A stretch of DNA of 64,000 nt, taken from NCBI GenBank assembly GCA_963787125.1, contig CAWBBV010000006.1, forward strand, positions 96,001 to 160,000, given 5' to 3'. Shown piece after piece: positions 19,855 through 30,762 of the stretch; the stretch's first letter is position 1, and each line of letters opens with the position of its first letter. Both the position numbers and the translations under genes were made by a program. The notes below the pieces were generated by a model, which worked only from the letters and a program-made list of their open reading frames with translations, had not been told where the DNA came from and did no database searches. This DNA comes from an uncultured delta proteobacterium (lineage in GTDB: Bacteria; Desulfobacterota; Desulfuromonadia; Geobacterales; DSM-12255).

Positions 19855-20850
19855 TCAGAAGTTTATGATGTCCTTGATCCATCCTCGTAATGAATAGTGA
19901 GCGATGAAATTATCTGATAATTTCGGAACTGGCACTGCTAGGAACTCTTTAGGTATCGTCGGACTATTCCGATCTATTACACAAATCCTAGCTGTATCAT
20001 AAAAATCGTGAGAAGCAATTTGCTTATTAGTGGTTATTAACTTTTTCCCTGAAGCAATAACTTCAAAAGTCCTCATGGTCAATCCAGACTGTTTTGGATG
20101 TTCGATGTCTAGAACTGCAACGCTGTTATTAAAATCGTGAGCAATTGCCTCTGCAGACATTGGCTGGAAAATTAAATGAGTCTCTCCTATTTGTTTCAAA
20201 GACGGATCAAATATTTTTCGCAGAATAAGCTCCAAACGACTTCTAACAAACAACGAATACTTAAACTCTGAAGGTGACTTCCAGGATTTCACTAAACTAT
20301 TGATTACTTTTGGGCGATCTCCATTCAATGTGCCAACAAAGAATACGCCTTGACCGATACTAATCTGGCCATGATTTAGATATTTATCCAAAAAGAACAA
20401 AGGACGGTACTTAAACTGAGGAACTTTTTTACAATCTTCGGGATCAAAACTGGATAAACTATCAAAGTATGGAAATTTAAGTTGAATATACTTGCAATTA
20501 ATGAGGCTGTCCCAGAGATGGAGAATCATGCGAGCATTAGGATAGCGATTTTTCAGGTGTTGAAGGAAATTCGGAGAAAACCCCTCTCCCTTGACGACAA
20601 AAATAAAATCACACGTTGCTGGACCTTTCTCGTTAAGCCATGAGATGAAATAACGGTCTGCAAATTTCCATGCCAACTTCGGGAAGAGTCTGAAAATAGC
20701 CTTAACCCAAGGGTGTTCTGACGGCAATTGTCCGTGGAATGTTACTTCTGCTCCAAGCAGCTCCAATTCACTAACAATTGCATTCTCATATCCAAATGTT
20801 TTAGGACAGATAAAGATGACTCTTTTCCCTGCTAAAAAAACGTCCTTCAT
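19855..20850 (-). CDS. Polysaccharide biosynthesis protein, putative GT-B glycosyltransferase
   Basis: LHLWDS, SFDPEDC, YRPLFF, LDIEHPKQSGLTMRTFEVIASGKKLITTN; position in the operon. Confidence 0.6.
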   Translation of the reverse strand: MKDVFLAGKRVIFICPKTFGYENAIVSELELLGAEVTFHGQLPSEHPWVKAIFRLFPKLAWKFADRYFISWLNEKGPATCDFIFVVKGEGFSPNFLQHLKNRYPNARMILHLWDSLINCKYIQLKFPYFDSLSSFDPEDCKKVPQFKYRPLFFLDKYLNHGQISIGQGVFFVGTLNGDRPKVINSLVKSWKSPSEFKYSLFVRSRLELILRKIFDPSLKQIGETHLIFQPMSAEAIAHDFNNSVAVLDIEHPKQSGLTMRTFEVIASGKKLITTNKQIASHDFYDTARICVIDRNSPTIPKEFLAVPVPKLSDNFIAHYSLRGWIKDIINF

Positions 20851-21374
20851 TCACGCACCTTAACAACTGCCGGGACTCCTATTGCAAACCCATTCGCTGG
20901 AACCGATACAGTTAGCAGTGAATTAGAGGCCACCACTCCCTTCTTTCCAATACGAATTCCACCTAACACCTTTGCTCCAGATCCAATAACCACATCATCT
21001 TCAAGGACAGGTCTTGTTTCAGGAGTAAACCCCAGATCAGCAAACTTAGCACCAAGAGTTACACCTTGAAATATTGTGACATTACTTCCCAACTCGGCAG
21101 CACCAATGACCGTTCCTGAGGTGTGCGGAATCAAAAGCCCAGGGCCGATCTTGCAGCGCGGAGTTACTTCCAGCCCAAACAACATTACATTTGCAAGTGA
21201 AAATACCATACTTAATGGGCGAAACAGTCTGGAACCATGGCTCAACCGCGAAAGGCGGAGGAGCAAAACCGGCACAAATCTCGGATGGATTAGTTTGATC
21301 CACAATCGAAGCCCAGTAGATTGGCCAAGTCGCAACAAATCCGCCTTAACAAGTGATACAAATGTTTCTTCCAT
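20847..21374 (-). CDS. Hexapeptide-repeat O-acetyltransferase (CysE/WcaB-like)
   Basis: IGPGLLIPH, GSNVTIFQGVTLG, DDVVIGSGAKVLG, GVPA. Confidence 0.85.
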   Translation of the reverse strand: MEETFVSLVKADLLRLGQSTGLRLWIKLIHPRFVPVLLLRLSRLSHGSRLFRPLSMVFSLANVMLFGLEVTPRCKIGPGLLIPHTSGTVIGAAELGSNVTIFQGVTLGAKFADLGFTPETRPVLEDDVVIGSGAKVLGGIRIGKKGVVASNSLLTVSVPANGFAIGVPAVVKVRE

Positions 21375-21376
21375 TG

Positions 21377-22540
21377 TTAAGCTCCCTTTCCCTGCCCCAT
21401 GAGACCACGTTCTTGAAGTTCTGACACAGATTTCTGATAAGCACCTTTCTCCTCAAGTGGCTGAGTTTCAGCCCACGCAAGAAACTTATGTAAGCCTTCG
21501 CGAAATGAAACGGATGGCTTTAAGTTCAGCACCGATTCCAGTCGACTGGTTGCTGCCTTATTGTGCCTTATATCACCAAGTCTGAAAGCACCAGAAACTC
21601 TGATGTCTGACTTGTTGCCAAAATAGCTGTTTATCTCCCTGGCAACAGTAATAACTGGTACAGCTTCGCCGGTACCGACATTCAATGCACCTACAAAAGG
21701 ACCATCGTGCATTACCGCCCGCATGGTCGCTTCAACAACATCATCAATATATACAAAGTCTCGCGACTCCAAGCCGTCTTCATAAACGTCAATCGGTTGA
21801 CCTTGACGTGCCAGGTTGGAAAACACTGCCAAGATACCGGTATAGGGATTTTTCAGAGATTGCCCAGGGCCAAAGACATTTTGATAGCGCAATGCAAAAG
21901 CATTTAGACCATTTGTGCGGGCATGCATTAGAATAACCTGCTCCTGCACCTGTTTTGTCAGGCCGTATACCGACATTGGGCGGAAAGGAGCCGTTTCTTC
22001 TGTATCAGCCAGTGAAACAACCTGGCTACAGTACGGACAATAGACTTCGAAATCGCCGGAAGAAAGTTGTACGTTTGAACGTGAATCAGGAAAAACAAGA
22101 CCATGCTCGGAGCAGGTATAACTCCCTTCACCATAAATGGCACGACTGGAAGCAACAACTAAAGAACGAACAGAACTCCCTGACTGGTTGTTTTGCAAAA
22201 CATCTAGGAGGTTAGCCGTACCTTGAACATTTACGTCAAAATAGCGAGATATTTCATACATTGATTGGCCGGTGCCAGTTTCAGCCGCAAGATGAACCAC
22301 AGTATCTACACCATCCAAAGCGAGTTCGAGGCTTTTTATGGATGTCACGCTATCACGAATAAATTCGACATCAACATTATTAAGCCATTCGAGACTTTGA
22401 GGGACTTGCCCATGAATCTGAGGTGACAAACTGTCCAGAATACGAATACTACAATTTGTTTTAAGGAGTCGCTTGATTAAATAGGTGCCAATAAACCCGG
22501 CGCCCCCAGTTATAAGTATTCTTCTTACAGATAAATCCAT
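21377..22540 (-). CDS. NAD-dependent epimerase/dehydratase with Cys-rich insertion (WbiB-like)
   Basis: [24 protein letters not shown], YxxxK (YGLTK), CSEHG...CPYC insertion, FRLGDIRH. Confidence 0.8.
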   Translation of the reverse strand: MDLSVRRILITGGAGFIGTYLIKRLLKTNCSIRILDSLSPQIHGQVPQSLEWLNNVDVEFIRDSVTSIKSLELALDGVDTVVHLAAETGTGQSMYEISRYFDVNVQGTANLLDVLQNNQSGSSVRSLVVASSRAIYGEGSYTCSEHGLVFPDSRSNVQLSSGDFEVYCPYCSQVVSLADTEETAPFRPMSVYGLTKQVQEQVILMHARTNGLNAFALRYQNVFGPGQSLKNPYTGILAVFSNLARQGQPIDVYEDGLESRDFVYIDDVVEATMRAVMHDGPFVGALNVGTGEAVPVITVAREINSYFGNKSDIRVSGAFRLGDIRHNKAATSRLESVLNLKPSVSFREGLHKFLAWAETQPLEEKGAYQKSVSELQERGLMGQGKGA

Positions 22541-22565
22541 ATTTGGCTCCTAAAATAAAGATGTA

Positions 22566-23570
22566 CTATAAACCTGACACTTCTTTATATACTCTCAAAT
22601 GCTCCTCAGCTGCCCTATCCCATGTAAACAGCTGTGACCGCTTCAAACCTTTGTCAATAATCTCGTTTCTGAAACTATAGTTTTCTAAAAGCAATATGGC
22701 GTTAGAAATACTATCAAAATTAAATGGATTTATTAGAATGCCTGCATTTCCGACCACTTCATGAACAGACGGGATATTAGAAGCTATCACAGGACATCCT
22801 GCACTCATTGCTTCAATAGGGGGAAGACCAAATCCCTCATATGAGGACGTATAAAGCAGGCAATAGGCATTTCTATAAAGTTCATACATACGTTCGGTAC
22901 TGACATGCTCTTCACATACAATAGCTTCTTCAATACCCATACTTTTAAACAGTTCTAGTTCACACTCATTAAATTTTTTGCCTGTACATATTAGTTTTAC
23001 ACCCTCGCGCCAGAGTCCCGACAACAAATAACCTTCTATAGCTCCAGAAAAGTTTTTATAATCATCTCGTCCACCTACATACAGCAAGTAAGGATTACAA
23101 GGTTTAAATTTATTATTCTCTGAAGCGTGCCATGGCGTGCTTAAATTTATACCATGATGTATAACATATATTGGGCATCTGGAACTGAGCTTAGGGTATA
23201 CATCAAGCAAATCATTTTTAGTGCTCTCCGAAATACATATTATGGCATCTGCAGTGAGATAACATAATTTTCTTTCATATAGATTTAGCTTTGAGCCAAT
23301 ACCTTTAGTTACAAACCCCTTTTCATAAATCATATCATATGCCGTAGTTATATTTTTAGCCTTACCTGTTATTGAAGTTCTGAAATGGGAAGAATGAAAC
23401 ACATCGGCGTTAGAAATAACAGGGATTCCCCTTAGTAGCTTACTATATCTCGTCCTACTAACTTCCAGGCCATCAATTTGACATATTCTGGATGTCATTT
23501 CCCTCCAATAAACAGAAGCTCCACCTGTTTTTTGAAGGCTAAAAATGATATCATCAAATTCGATTTTAAT
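22566..23570 (-). CDS. Glycosyltransferase family 4 (probable ATT start at 23570)
   Basis: YVGGRDDYKNF, SSYEGFGLPPIEAM; the N-terminus IKIEFDDIIFSLQKTGGASVYW lies in frame upstream of ATG 23498. Confidence 0.85.
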   Translation of the reverse strand: MKIEFDDIIFSLQKTGGASVYWREMTSRICQIDGLEVSRTRYSKLLRGIPVISNADVFHSSHFRTSITGKAKNITTAYDMIYEKGFVTKGIGSKLNLYERKLCYLTADAIICISESTKNDLLDVYPKLSSRCPIYVIHHGINLSTPWHASENNKFKPCNPYLLYVGGRDDYKNFSGAIEGYLLSGLWREGVKLICTGKKFNECELELFKSMGIEEAIVCEEHVSTERMYELYRNAYCLLYTSSYEGFGLPPIEAMSAGCPVIASNIPSVHEVVGNAGILINPFNFDSISNAILLLENYSFRNEIIDKGLKRSQLFTWDRAAEEHLRVYKEVSGL

Positions 23571-23658
23571 ACTCTACCTCTCTTCAGCCATGTCTGTTAT
23601 AAGTTTAAAGAGCTCAATCTCGGCTTACACGAAAAACAACGAGCAGCAAAATAAATAA

Positions 23659-24372
23659 TTATTTAGTTATCCTTGAAAGAGCCATAAGCAATGAATACCC
23701 ACGGAAGAAAATCTTTTTAAAGAGGCTATTTCCGCTGCTATTTCCACCACTAGAAACATTTTTGTCATGTCTTCTGTAGAGTATTAGTGGCTCTTGGATT
23801 GTTTTAACTTTAAAGTACAGTTCACCTATGAGTGTTATCCATAAATCATGCGGGCAAAGGTCTCTATTTTTAGGAAAAGGTAGCAACTTTGAAAAAATTT
23901 CACGTCTAAAAGCCATACACGCTCCTAGATACCTTGATTTGTACAAGTTGTTCCAAAGCCCCTGCTTCCCCCCCCTCAAGGAAAAGAATGTTTCATATAA
24001 CACATTCAAGTTTTTGTCCACAAATTGAGCGTTACTGACTACAAGCTCAGCTCTATCCAAGAAGCTGAGCATTTTTTCAAGCTTTCCATCAAGCCAAACA
24101 TCGTCTTGATCAGAAAGAAATATTAAATCACCAGAGGCAAAACTTATAGCATTCTCAAAATTCCCGCTGTAGCCTTTTGCCTGCTTGTTTATTACAATTT
24201 TTATACGCTGATCATTTAACCCTTTGACAATTTCAAGCGTCTTATCCGATGAATAATCATCCGAAACAATCAGCTCATCATTTTGTGATAGCTGTTTAAG
24301 TATTGAAGCAATTTGTGCCTCAATATAGTCTTCTCCGTTATACGTCGCCATGCACACACTTATTTTTTGCAC
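23659..24372 (-). CDS. Glycosyltransferase family 2 (rhamnosyltransferase-like)
   Basis: SVCMATYNGE, VSDDYSSD, FLSDQDDVW, GACMAF, HDLWI, YRRH. Confidence 0.9.
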   Translation of the reverse strand: MQKISVCMATYNGEDYIEAQIASILKQLSQNDELIVSDDYSSDKTLEIVKGLNDQRIKIVINKQAKGYSGNFENAISFASGDLIFLSDQDDVWLDGKLEKMLSFLDRAELVVSNAQFVDKNLNVLYETFFSLRGGKQGLWNNLYKSRYLGACMAFRREIFSKLLPFPKNRDLCPHDLWITLIGELYFKVKTIQEPLILYRRHDKNVSSGGNSSGNSLFKKIFFRGYSLLMALSRITK

Positions 24373-24399
24373 TGAATATCCTCTGATGGTGAGCAGTTA

Positions 24400-25305
24400 T
24401 TATTTTATTAGTGGCCCCAATCGACCAATCAAGCCATGATAAAAACCCTTGATGCAATACACCATGTTTTTTGCTTTTTGAGGGCCTAAAAGGGTGAAGC
24501 CGATCATGTACCTTATAGATTTTAAAAAAATATTCCATCTCATACGAAATTCCAGATATTTTTTTGTTATGGCAATAAATATACCGTTTCTAACAATATA
24601 GTAATTTCTTTCAGGAGAATGGAGTGAGTACTTTTTACCGTTAACTTCTACAGCAGAATCACCCAACGTGTGAGTTATTATAACGTTATTACAACCAATA
24701 ATTCTATAACCTCTTGATTTTGCCCGCCAGCACCATTCAAAATCTACCCAGTCTATAAAGAGCTCTTCGTCCATCATCCCGATATCTGACAACAGACTAT
24801 TATTAATAATCATTCCAGACGCAATGACTTGTGAAACATCCTCAAACATTAACTTCGACACAGTTTTCGTCGAGTCAATCCCATCAAGGGAAAAAAAGCC
24901 CTCACTTTCTCCTCCTTTATTTGTTTCTTTAAAAACAGGTGCAATAGCTGCGATTTTCAATGTATCCACTATTGCATCATAGTTAGAAAGCATCTGTTTT
25001 ATATAGTCTTGAGGGTAAATAGTATCCTGATCACTCAGGAGGGTAAAATCTGCTTTATTTTCCGTTGCATTTCGTATCCCAATATTTTGCGCTTTCCCTA
25101 TGCCAGAATTCTTATAGAGTCGTACAAGTCTATATTTTTGAGCTTCGCCTGTTATATCGACTAAGAAATTATCAATGTCATCGTCCTCAGAATTATCAAT
25201 GACATATAACGTTCTAACCTGATCTTTGACGCTGGAAATTGCTTTTGTAAGCATTTCTCTATCTGGTTTGTATGTTACAAAAACAGCATCTATTTTGTAA
25301 TACAT
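24400..25305 (-). CDS. Glycosyltransferase family 2, RfbF-type rhamnosyltransferase
   Basis: NSGIGKAQNIG, DQDT, IASGM, DEELFIDWVDFEWCWR, RNYYIVRN. Confidence 0.85.
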   Translation of the reverse strand: MYYKIDAVFVTYKPDREMLTKAISSVKDQVRTLYVIDNSEDDDIDNFLVDITGEAQKYRLVRLYKNSGIGKAQNIGIRNATENKADFTLLSDQDTIYPQDYIKQMLSNYDAIVDTLKIAAIAPVFKETNKGGESEGFFSLDGIDSTKTVSKLMFEDVSQVIASGMIINNSLLSDIGMMDEELFIDWVDFEWCWRAKSRGYRIIGCNNVIITHTLGDSAVEVNGKKYSLHSPERNYYIVRNGIFIAITKKYLEFRMRWNIFLKSIRYMIGFTLLGPQKAKNMVYCIKGFYHGLIGRLGPLIK

Positions 25306-25316
25306 TTATATTGGCC

Positions 25317-26330
25317 TCAAAAATTAAAAAGACGATGTACAAATACGTTATTTAAAAAAAGCATGAGAACGTATGTAGAAATAGCTGCCATAATGAATAG
25401 CTTCTGTTTAAAGCAGCGTACTAGGGACGGAAATATAAAAATAATAATTACACTTAAAATTTCTGATACTCTGACGGCAATAGCAGGTAGAAATGACATA
25501 AAATAATATACAAATAAGACCCATCCAAGGAGCTTTATAAAAATTATGTCATATTTTGATTTATATTTATAAATGTTAAAAACAGAAAAGTAATAAATTA
25601 TAAGTAATCCCGTATAATAAATGCTGAATAAATTAATTCGATTACCAATATCCATCTCAAGTAATGCGATATATATTTGCACTTTATGACCTAAAAACTC
25701 TGGAAGAAATACAACCATGAAATTCAATGCTGAAAAAAGAGACTCTCTAAAAAACGCAAAAAAAAGACCGATTATTGGTAATGACAAATACAATCTATTG
25801 CTTATAGATTTGTGGTTTAGAAGATACGTAACAAAGATTACAATCACAGAATAATGAAACATCATGGCGAATACAGCTTTAAATAAAAAGGACTTACAGT
25901 TTCTTTCAACTATATCTGGTATAGCTAACAAGAAAATGGCACAAGCAACTCCTACTCGTATTTGCGTCATCGTATGTAGAGGAAAAAATAGGAACGTGAA
26001 ACAAAATACTGCGGTCAGGGGGTAAGACGTTAGTTTTTTGATGGCATAGACATTTATTGAAACGTTAAGGAGTGCGTAAATGACAAGAAGGGGTCGAACA
26101 CTGACATCGGATAATAATTTACTCAGATATGCAATTACCCAAAAGCTCGGTTCTCTAGCTAAAAAATCTGATCCAACAATATTAGTAAAACCGATATAAT
26201 CTTCCAAGTACTGTTGTGAATCCCTGTCAAAACCGATCGGTCTTAATCCAGCCATCAATACTAAGCAAAATGCACTCATCAGTAATACTGAGTATAGCGC
26301 TGTGTTATTCAATGATCGGATGTTATTCAT
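25317..26330 (-). CDS. wzy: EpsG-family polysaccharide polymerase (Wzy)
   Basis: Multi-TM, AT-rich; GLRPIGFDRD..Y, EPSF, QIRVGVA and FHYS motifs of the EpsG family. Confidence 0.8.
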   Translation of the reverse strand: MNNIRSLNNTALYSVLLMSAFCLVLMAGLRPIGFDRDSQQYLEDYIGFTNIVGSDFLAREPSFWVIAYLSKLLSDVSVRPLLVIYALLNVSINVYAIKKLTSYPLTAVFCFTFLFFPLHTMTQIRVGVACAIFLLAIPDIVERNCKSFLFKAVFAMMFHYSVIVIFVTYLLNHKSISNRLYLSLPIIGLFFAFFRESLFSALNFMVVFLPEFLGHKVQIYIALLEMDIGNRINLFSIYYTGLLIIYYFSVFNIYKYKSKYDIIFIKLLGWVLFVYYFMSFLPAIAVRVSEILSVIIIFIFPSLVRCFKQKLFIMAAISTYVLMLFLNNVFVHRLFNF

Positions 26331-27426
26331 TCTTATAAGTCTGGCTTAGCACTGTTCTATTCATTATTTGCATCATTTTATTAGCCACTGTATACCACGA
26401 GAATTCTTGAACAATCTTCAATCCTAATGCCATTTTATTACGGCACACAGTCGGATCACTCAGTATTTGGAGTACACTATCTACTATTGATTGAACGTCT
26501 TTATTCTTTACAATCCATGCGGTCTCGTCTGTAGCACCCATGTAGCCAGTTGTAACAACTGCTGCACCAGTTGCTAAACCTTCTAAAACTGGGTAGTGTG
26601 GCGCACCATGTTGCACTGTACCAGCTGCTATCAGTATATCTACACTGCGATAATAATCTGCAAGTTCTTGATCGTTGTTAGGGACTATGATCTCACATCG
26701 TTCGTGGTGCCACCCCTCCGGTAAATTCCCGTAGGCAACACGTAAAAGATATCTCTTGTCCAGTTTGTATAGTTCCTCAAACGCACGTAAAGCATAGATT
26801 GTACCTTTCTCGGGCTCGTGCCGACCGATACAACCTATTACAATATTTGCCTCATTCGGAATATCTCTTTTAATTTCAAGAGGTTTAAAAATATTTAGAT
26901 TTAAACCAGGAGGAACAAAATCTGATGCTCGCAGATTCTTGTATCGAAAATAAATAGGAGCATTAACTATTTTCTTAATTGGCAATTGATATGAGAGGGC
27001 GGATAATATTGATAACAAATAATCCTTTATATTCCGCATATTTATATAATATTCCGGCTCATAGGCCTGTACATAATATGCTTTTCTTGCCTTTCCACAT
27101 GAGACCAGAGCCACTGGCCAAGCAGTAAGAGAATGATTTGCTAAAATCAGGTCATACTGATAACCAACAGACGTTAGGCCCAAAAAAAGAGTTTGCAGAT
27201 GGTAGCGCCCACTTGGGGTTGCCTTACTGGTACGCGTCTCAAACACTCTGCCTTTACCGTTAACCCATAATATTTTTGCTGTGGTTGGAAAGTATGGTTC
27301 GTCGCTACTATCTGGACATAGGAACACAACCTCGTGATCTCGCTTAGTCCACTCATTTGCAAGCTCTGAAAGCACTCGGCAACCACCAGCACGCGCAAAG
27401 TTGAGAATAGGAATTAATATCTTCAT
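26323..27426 (-). CDS. Glycosyltransferase family 4
   Basis: AGGCRVL, YYVQAYE, EKGT, LADYYRSVDI, PVLEGLATG. Confidence 0.85.
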   Translation of the reverse strand: MKILIPILNFARAGGCRVLSELANEWTKRDHEVVFLCPDSSDEPYFPTTAKILWVNGKGRVFETRTSKATPSGRYHLQTLFLGLTSVGYQYDLILANHSLTAWPVALVSCGKARKAYYVQAYEPEYYINMRNIKDYLLSILSALSYQLPIKKIVNAPIYFRYKNLRASDFVPPGLNLNIFKPLEIKRDIPNEANIVIGCIGRHEPEKGTIYALRAFEELYKLDKRYLLRVAYGNLPEGWHHERCEIIVPNNDQELADYYRSVDILIAAGTVQHGAPHYPVLEGLATGAAVVTTGYMGATDETAWIVKNKDVQSIVDSVLQILSDPTVCRNKMALGLKIVQEFSWYTVANKMMQIMNRTVLSQTYKNE

Positions 27427-27430
27427 TTAT

Positions 27431-28687
27431 TCATCTCCTACCGTCACGGCACTGTCTCCGTATTAAAAAAATCATTACTATCCAATAAATCAAATAATTA
27501 GCGAAATAAGCCATCAGTGCACCCTGAACTGCAAACTTATCTGTCAAAACAAATACCATAACGATCCAAGTTACTGAAAATAAAATCTCAGTAGCAATAA
27601 ATGTCCTCATCATTGCACGGCCAAGCATTACATAAGCTAATAACCAACTGCCGATTTTAACAACGTCACCTGCCAACTGCCAAGCAAACATTTTTTTCAT
27701 AGGGGCAAAATCAGCGGTAAACAGGGTAACAACAACCCAGTCACGAAACAGGTAAATAGTCCCTGCACCCAATACTGCTAGTGGTAATATAAATTTGTAA
27801 CCGTTAACTATTTCTAACTTTAGTTCACTGTTATCACGGATTTCAGAAAGTCGTGGCAGATAATAAATGCCCAGCGTTGAGGTAACCAACATTAAATACA
27901 TTTCGCTTATCTTTGTTACTGCCTGCCAGTGCCCTGCAGTAGTCCAGCCTAAAGTCGTAGCAATATGATTACGTACAATTATCTGGCTTGTCGGCCCAAC
28001 AGCAGCCGTTGTTAGAGCCATTAATACAAATTTCCCTAAATTGCGTGCAACAGCACGATCGAAACTTCCGATGAAATTTCGTAAGCGGAACCATTCTGAC
28101 TTCGAACATATAGCAAGTGTAACAATAAATACTAACGACTGGTTTATTGTGAGAGCGACCAGCGCCCCGTACAACCCCCAAAAACGCGCCAAAATTCCGG
28201 TGACAATGAGAGAAACCAAACTCCCGGTAATATTCACCGTCACATAACGGCGAATATCTTTTTTGCCGTTCATAATCGCTAATAACAGCGCATTGAATAC
28301 CAAGATCGAAAGTGTTGCTGCAAGCCAGATAAAGACTGATCCGTACGCTTCATCTTTGAGGAAAAGCACTGCTAGTGATTTGTGAAATAATGCAATAACT
28401 AATGCCGCAAGTAATGAACCGGCAGCAACAATTACTACAGCTGTACGCCAAACAGAATGCTGGCGTTCATCATCATCAAAATATTCAGCCGTATACTTCG
28501 TAACTCCCGTGTTAATACCGGCACTAGCAAATGTTGTAATCATACCAATTGCATTTTGAAACTGGCCAATAACCGCGTAACCAGCCGGACCAACATATAT
28601 TGCCAAGAGCTTGTTTAGGCCAAGGGCCGTGACAAGTTTGATAACAACAGCAATTCCGTTGAGCAGGCTTGTCTTAACAAGATTCAA
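27431..28687 (-). CDS. wzx: O-unit flippase Wzx (WzxE/WzxB-like)
   Basis: NKLLAIYVGPAGYAVIGQFQN, GVTKYTAE, YYLPRLS, GDVVKIGSW; ~12 TM. Confidence 0.9.
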   Translation of the reverse strand: MNLVKTSLLNGIAVVIKLVTALGLNKLLAIYVGPAGYAVIGQFQNAIGMITTFASAGINTGVTKYTAEYFDDDERQHSVWRTAVVIVAAGSLLAALVIALFHKSLAVLFLKDEAYGSVFIWLAATLSILVFNALLLAIMNGKKDIRRYVTVNITGSLVSLIVTGILARFWGLYGALVALTINQSLVFIVTLAICSKSEWFRLRNFIGSFDRAVARNLGKFVLMALTTAAVGPTSQIIVRNHIATTLGWTTAGHWQAVTKISEMYLMLVTSTLGIYYLPRLSEIRDNSELKLEIVNGYKFILPLAVLGAGTIYLFRDWVVVTLFTADFAPMKKMFAWQLAGDVVKIGSWLLAYVMLGRAMMRTFIATEILFSVTWIVMVFVLTDKFAVQGALMAYFANYLIYWIVMIFLIRRQCRDGRR

Positions 28688-28689
28688 AG

Positions 28690-29790
28690 CTAAACCATCC
28701 GGCTTGCGGCTTCGATAACGATAGATACGTGGGCGGGAGACATTGATGGCCCCATCGGCAGGCTTAACACTTCGTTATGTACCTTTTCAGATATTGGGAA
28801 ACATCCTTCCCCATAATTAAGTTCAGAATAGGCCTCTTGCAGATGTGGAGGAATCGGATAATGAATCATTGTCCCTATCCCGGCATCAGCAAACTGCTTT
28901 TGCAGATCATTACGTTTTTTGGATCTGACAACAAACAGGTGCCAAACCGGATCAGCCCACTCCGGAACGAATGGTAGCACAAGGTTCGTATTTGACTTTA
29001 ATTGGTCAAGATACTGTGTTGCGATCTGCTTGCGCCGTTCGTTCCACTCATCCAGTTTTCTGAGCTTGACACTTAATATGGCTGCCTGAAGCTCGTCCAA
29101 GCGGGAGTTAAAGCCGACGACTTCGTTATGGTACTTTATCTGTGAACCGTAGTTGCGAAGCACTTTGAGACGCTCCGCTAATTCATCGTCATTGGTTGTA
29201 ACGGCACCGCCATCACCAATTGCTCCGAGATTCTTGCCTGGATAAAAGCTGAACCCGGCGGCATCGCCGAGACTTCCCGCTCTACGGCCTTTATACCGTG
29301 CCCCGTGGGACTGGGCACAATCCTCAATAACTTTAAGACCATGCTCCCTGGCAATCGTGTTGATCGGATCCATATCCGCTGTTTGCCCGTAAAGATGGAC
29401 AACCATGATCGCTTTTGTTTTTGGCGTGATGGCTTGTTCAATTCTCGCCGGATCAATATTGTAAGTTCGCTCATCCGGTTCTACAGGCACGGGTGTTGCA
29501 CCGGCATGCGTCACTGCCAGCCACGTGGCAATATAGGTATTGGAAGGGACAATAACTTCATCTCCCGGACCTATCCCGTATGCCCTGACAATCAGGTGGA
29601 GGGCGTCGAGTCCATTGGCAACTCCGATGCAGTGATTTGCTTCGCAATAAACAGCGAACTCATCTTCGAACGTTTCGACTTCCTTCCCGAGAATATACCA
29701 ACCAGACTCCATAACGCGGTGATAAGCAGCATCAAGTTCGTCTTTTAATTCTATATACGGTGACTTGAGATCAAGAAATGGTATTATCAT
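28690..29790 (-). CDS. fdtB: DegT/DnrJ-family sugar aminotransferase, FdtB/QdtB-like
   Basis: [42 protein letters not shown]; adjacent to the 3,4-ketoisomerase. Confidence 0.85.
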   Translation of the reverse strand: MIIPFLDLKSPYIELKDELDAAYHRVMESGWYILGKEVETFEDEFAVYCEANHCIGVANGLDALHLIVRAYGIGPGDEVIVPSNTYIATWLAVTHAGATPVPVEPDERTYNIDPARIEQAITPKTKAIMVVHLYGQTADMDPINTIAREHGLKVIEDCAQSHGARYKGRRAGSLGDAAGFSFYPGKNLGAIGDGGAVTTNDDELAERLKVLRNYGSQIKYHNEVVGFNSRLDELQAAILSVKLRKLDEWNERRKQIATQYLDQLKSNTNLVLPFVPEWADPVWHLFVVRSKKRNDLQKQFADAGIGTMIHYPIPPHLQEAYSELNYGEGCFPISEKVHNEVLSLPMGPSMSPAHVSIVIEAASRMV

Positions 29791-30725
29791 CTGGCAGTTA
29801 CCTGCGCGAGAAATTCATCGTAATTGCGAATATAATCATCGGCATTGTAAACGTCTGACGCAAGCACCATGAGGACAGCGTCAGCAGAATATTTGTATTG
29901 AACTCCCCATACCATCGGTGGAATATGCAGAGCAATTCCAGGCGAATTGAGAACGTACTCTTCACGGCAATTTCCATCGTCAACCATCACTGCACATGAT
30001 CCTTTAACACAAACTAAAAACTGGTTTAAATTCTTGTGAGCATGCTCGCCACGAACTTCTCGACTGGGGACGTCAAAGACTAGAAAAAACCGTTTTGGTT
30101 CAAAGGGAAGGTATTGACCGTATTCAGCAAAAGAAAGGCTACCACGCATATCTGGGATAAACGGTAATCGTATTAATTGTACACCCTTAATAGCCGATTG
30201 ACCTTCTGCGCCAAGTTTTTGTATTGATGACATTTCAGGTTGTTTCTGCATCGCTGCAGTTGTAGACACATAACCAGTTATACGCGCAGGGTTTCCAACA
30301 ACAATGGCATTTGGTGGAACATCTTTCGTAACAACAGCTCCTGCCCCAATCATCGCGTTTCTACCGATGATATTTCCTGCAAGAACGGTTGCGTTTGCAC
30401 CGATAGACGCTCCCTGCTGGATAACAGTTTGAGAAAATTTCTCAGGGTATTGCCTACTTCGTGGGAAAAGATCATTGGTAAACGTTGCATTAGGCCCGAT
30501 GAATACATCATCATCAATGCGCAAACCATCCCAAATTTGGACACCACATTTGATAGTCACTCTGTTACCAATGACTACATCATTTTCGATAAAAACATGA
30601 TCACAAATATTGCAATCTGCCCCAATAACGGCTCCAGGTAAAACATGTGAAAATGCCCAAACCCTTGTGCCGTCACCAATATTAAAAGTTTCTACGAGAG
30701 ATTGAGGATGCTTATAAAACGACAT
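29787..30725 (-). CDS. Bifunctional N-acetyltransferase / dTDP-sugar 3,4-ketoisomerase (WxcM-like)
   Basis: N-terminal hexapeptide repeats ([16 protein letters not shown]); C-terminal cupin DMRGSL..RGEHAHK..YIRNY. Confidence 0.88.
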   Translation of the reverse strand: MSFYKHPQSLVETFNIGDGTRVWAFSHVLPGAVIGADCNICDHVFIENDVVIGNRVTIKCGVQIWDGLRIDDDVFIGPNATFTNDLFPRSRQYPEKFSQTVIQQGASIGANATVLAGNIIGRNAMIGAGAVVTKDVPPNAIVVGNPARITGYVSTTAAMQKQPEMSSIQKLGAEGQSAIKGVQLIRLPFIPDMRGSLSFAEYGQYLPFEPKRFFLVFDVPSREVRGEHAHKNLNQFLVCVKGSCAVMVDDGNCREEYVLNSPGIALHIPPMVWGVQYKYSADAVLMVLASDVYNADDYIRNYDEFLAQVTAR

Positions 30726-30762
30726 GGCTGCTCCTTACAAATAACGTGCTTGACTGTTAAGA

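Noticed and set aside
23574..23591. Amber read-through (pyrrolysine) from ATG 23591 into the GT4 gene
   Set aside because: No pyl genes in view; the SD spacing fits the ATT start better
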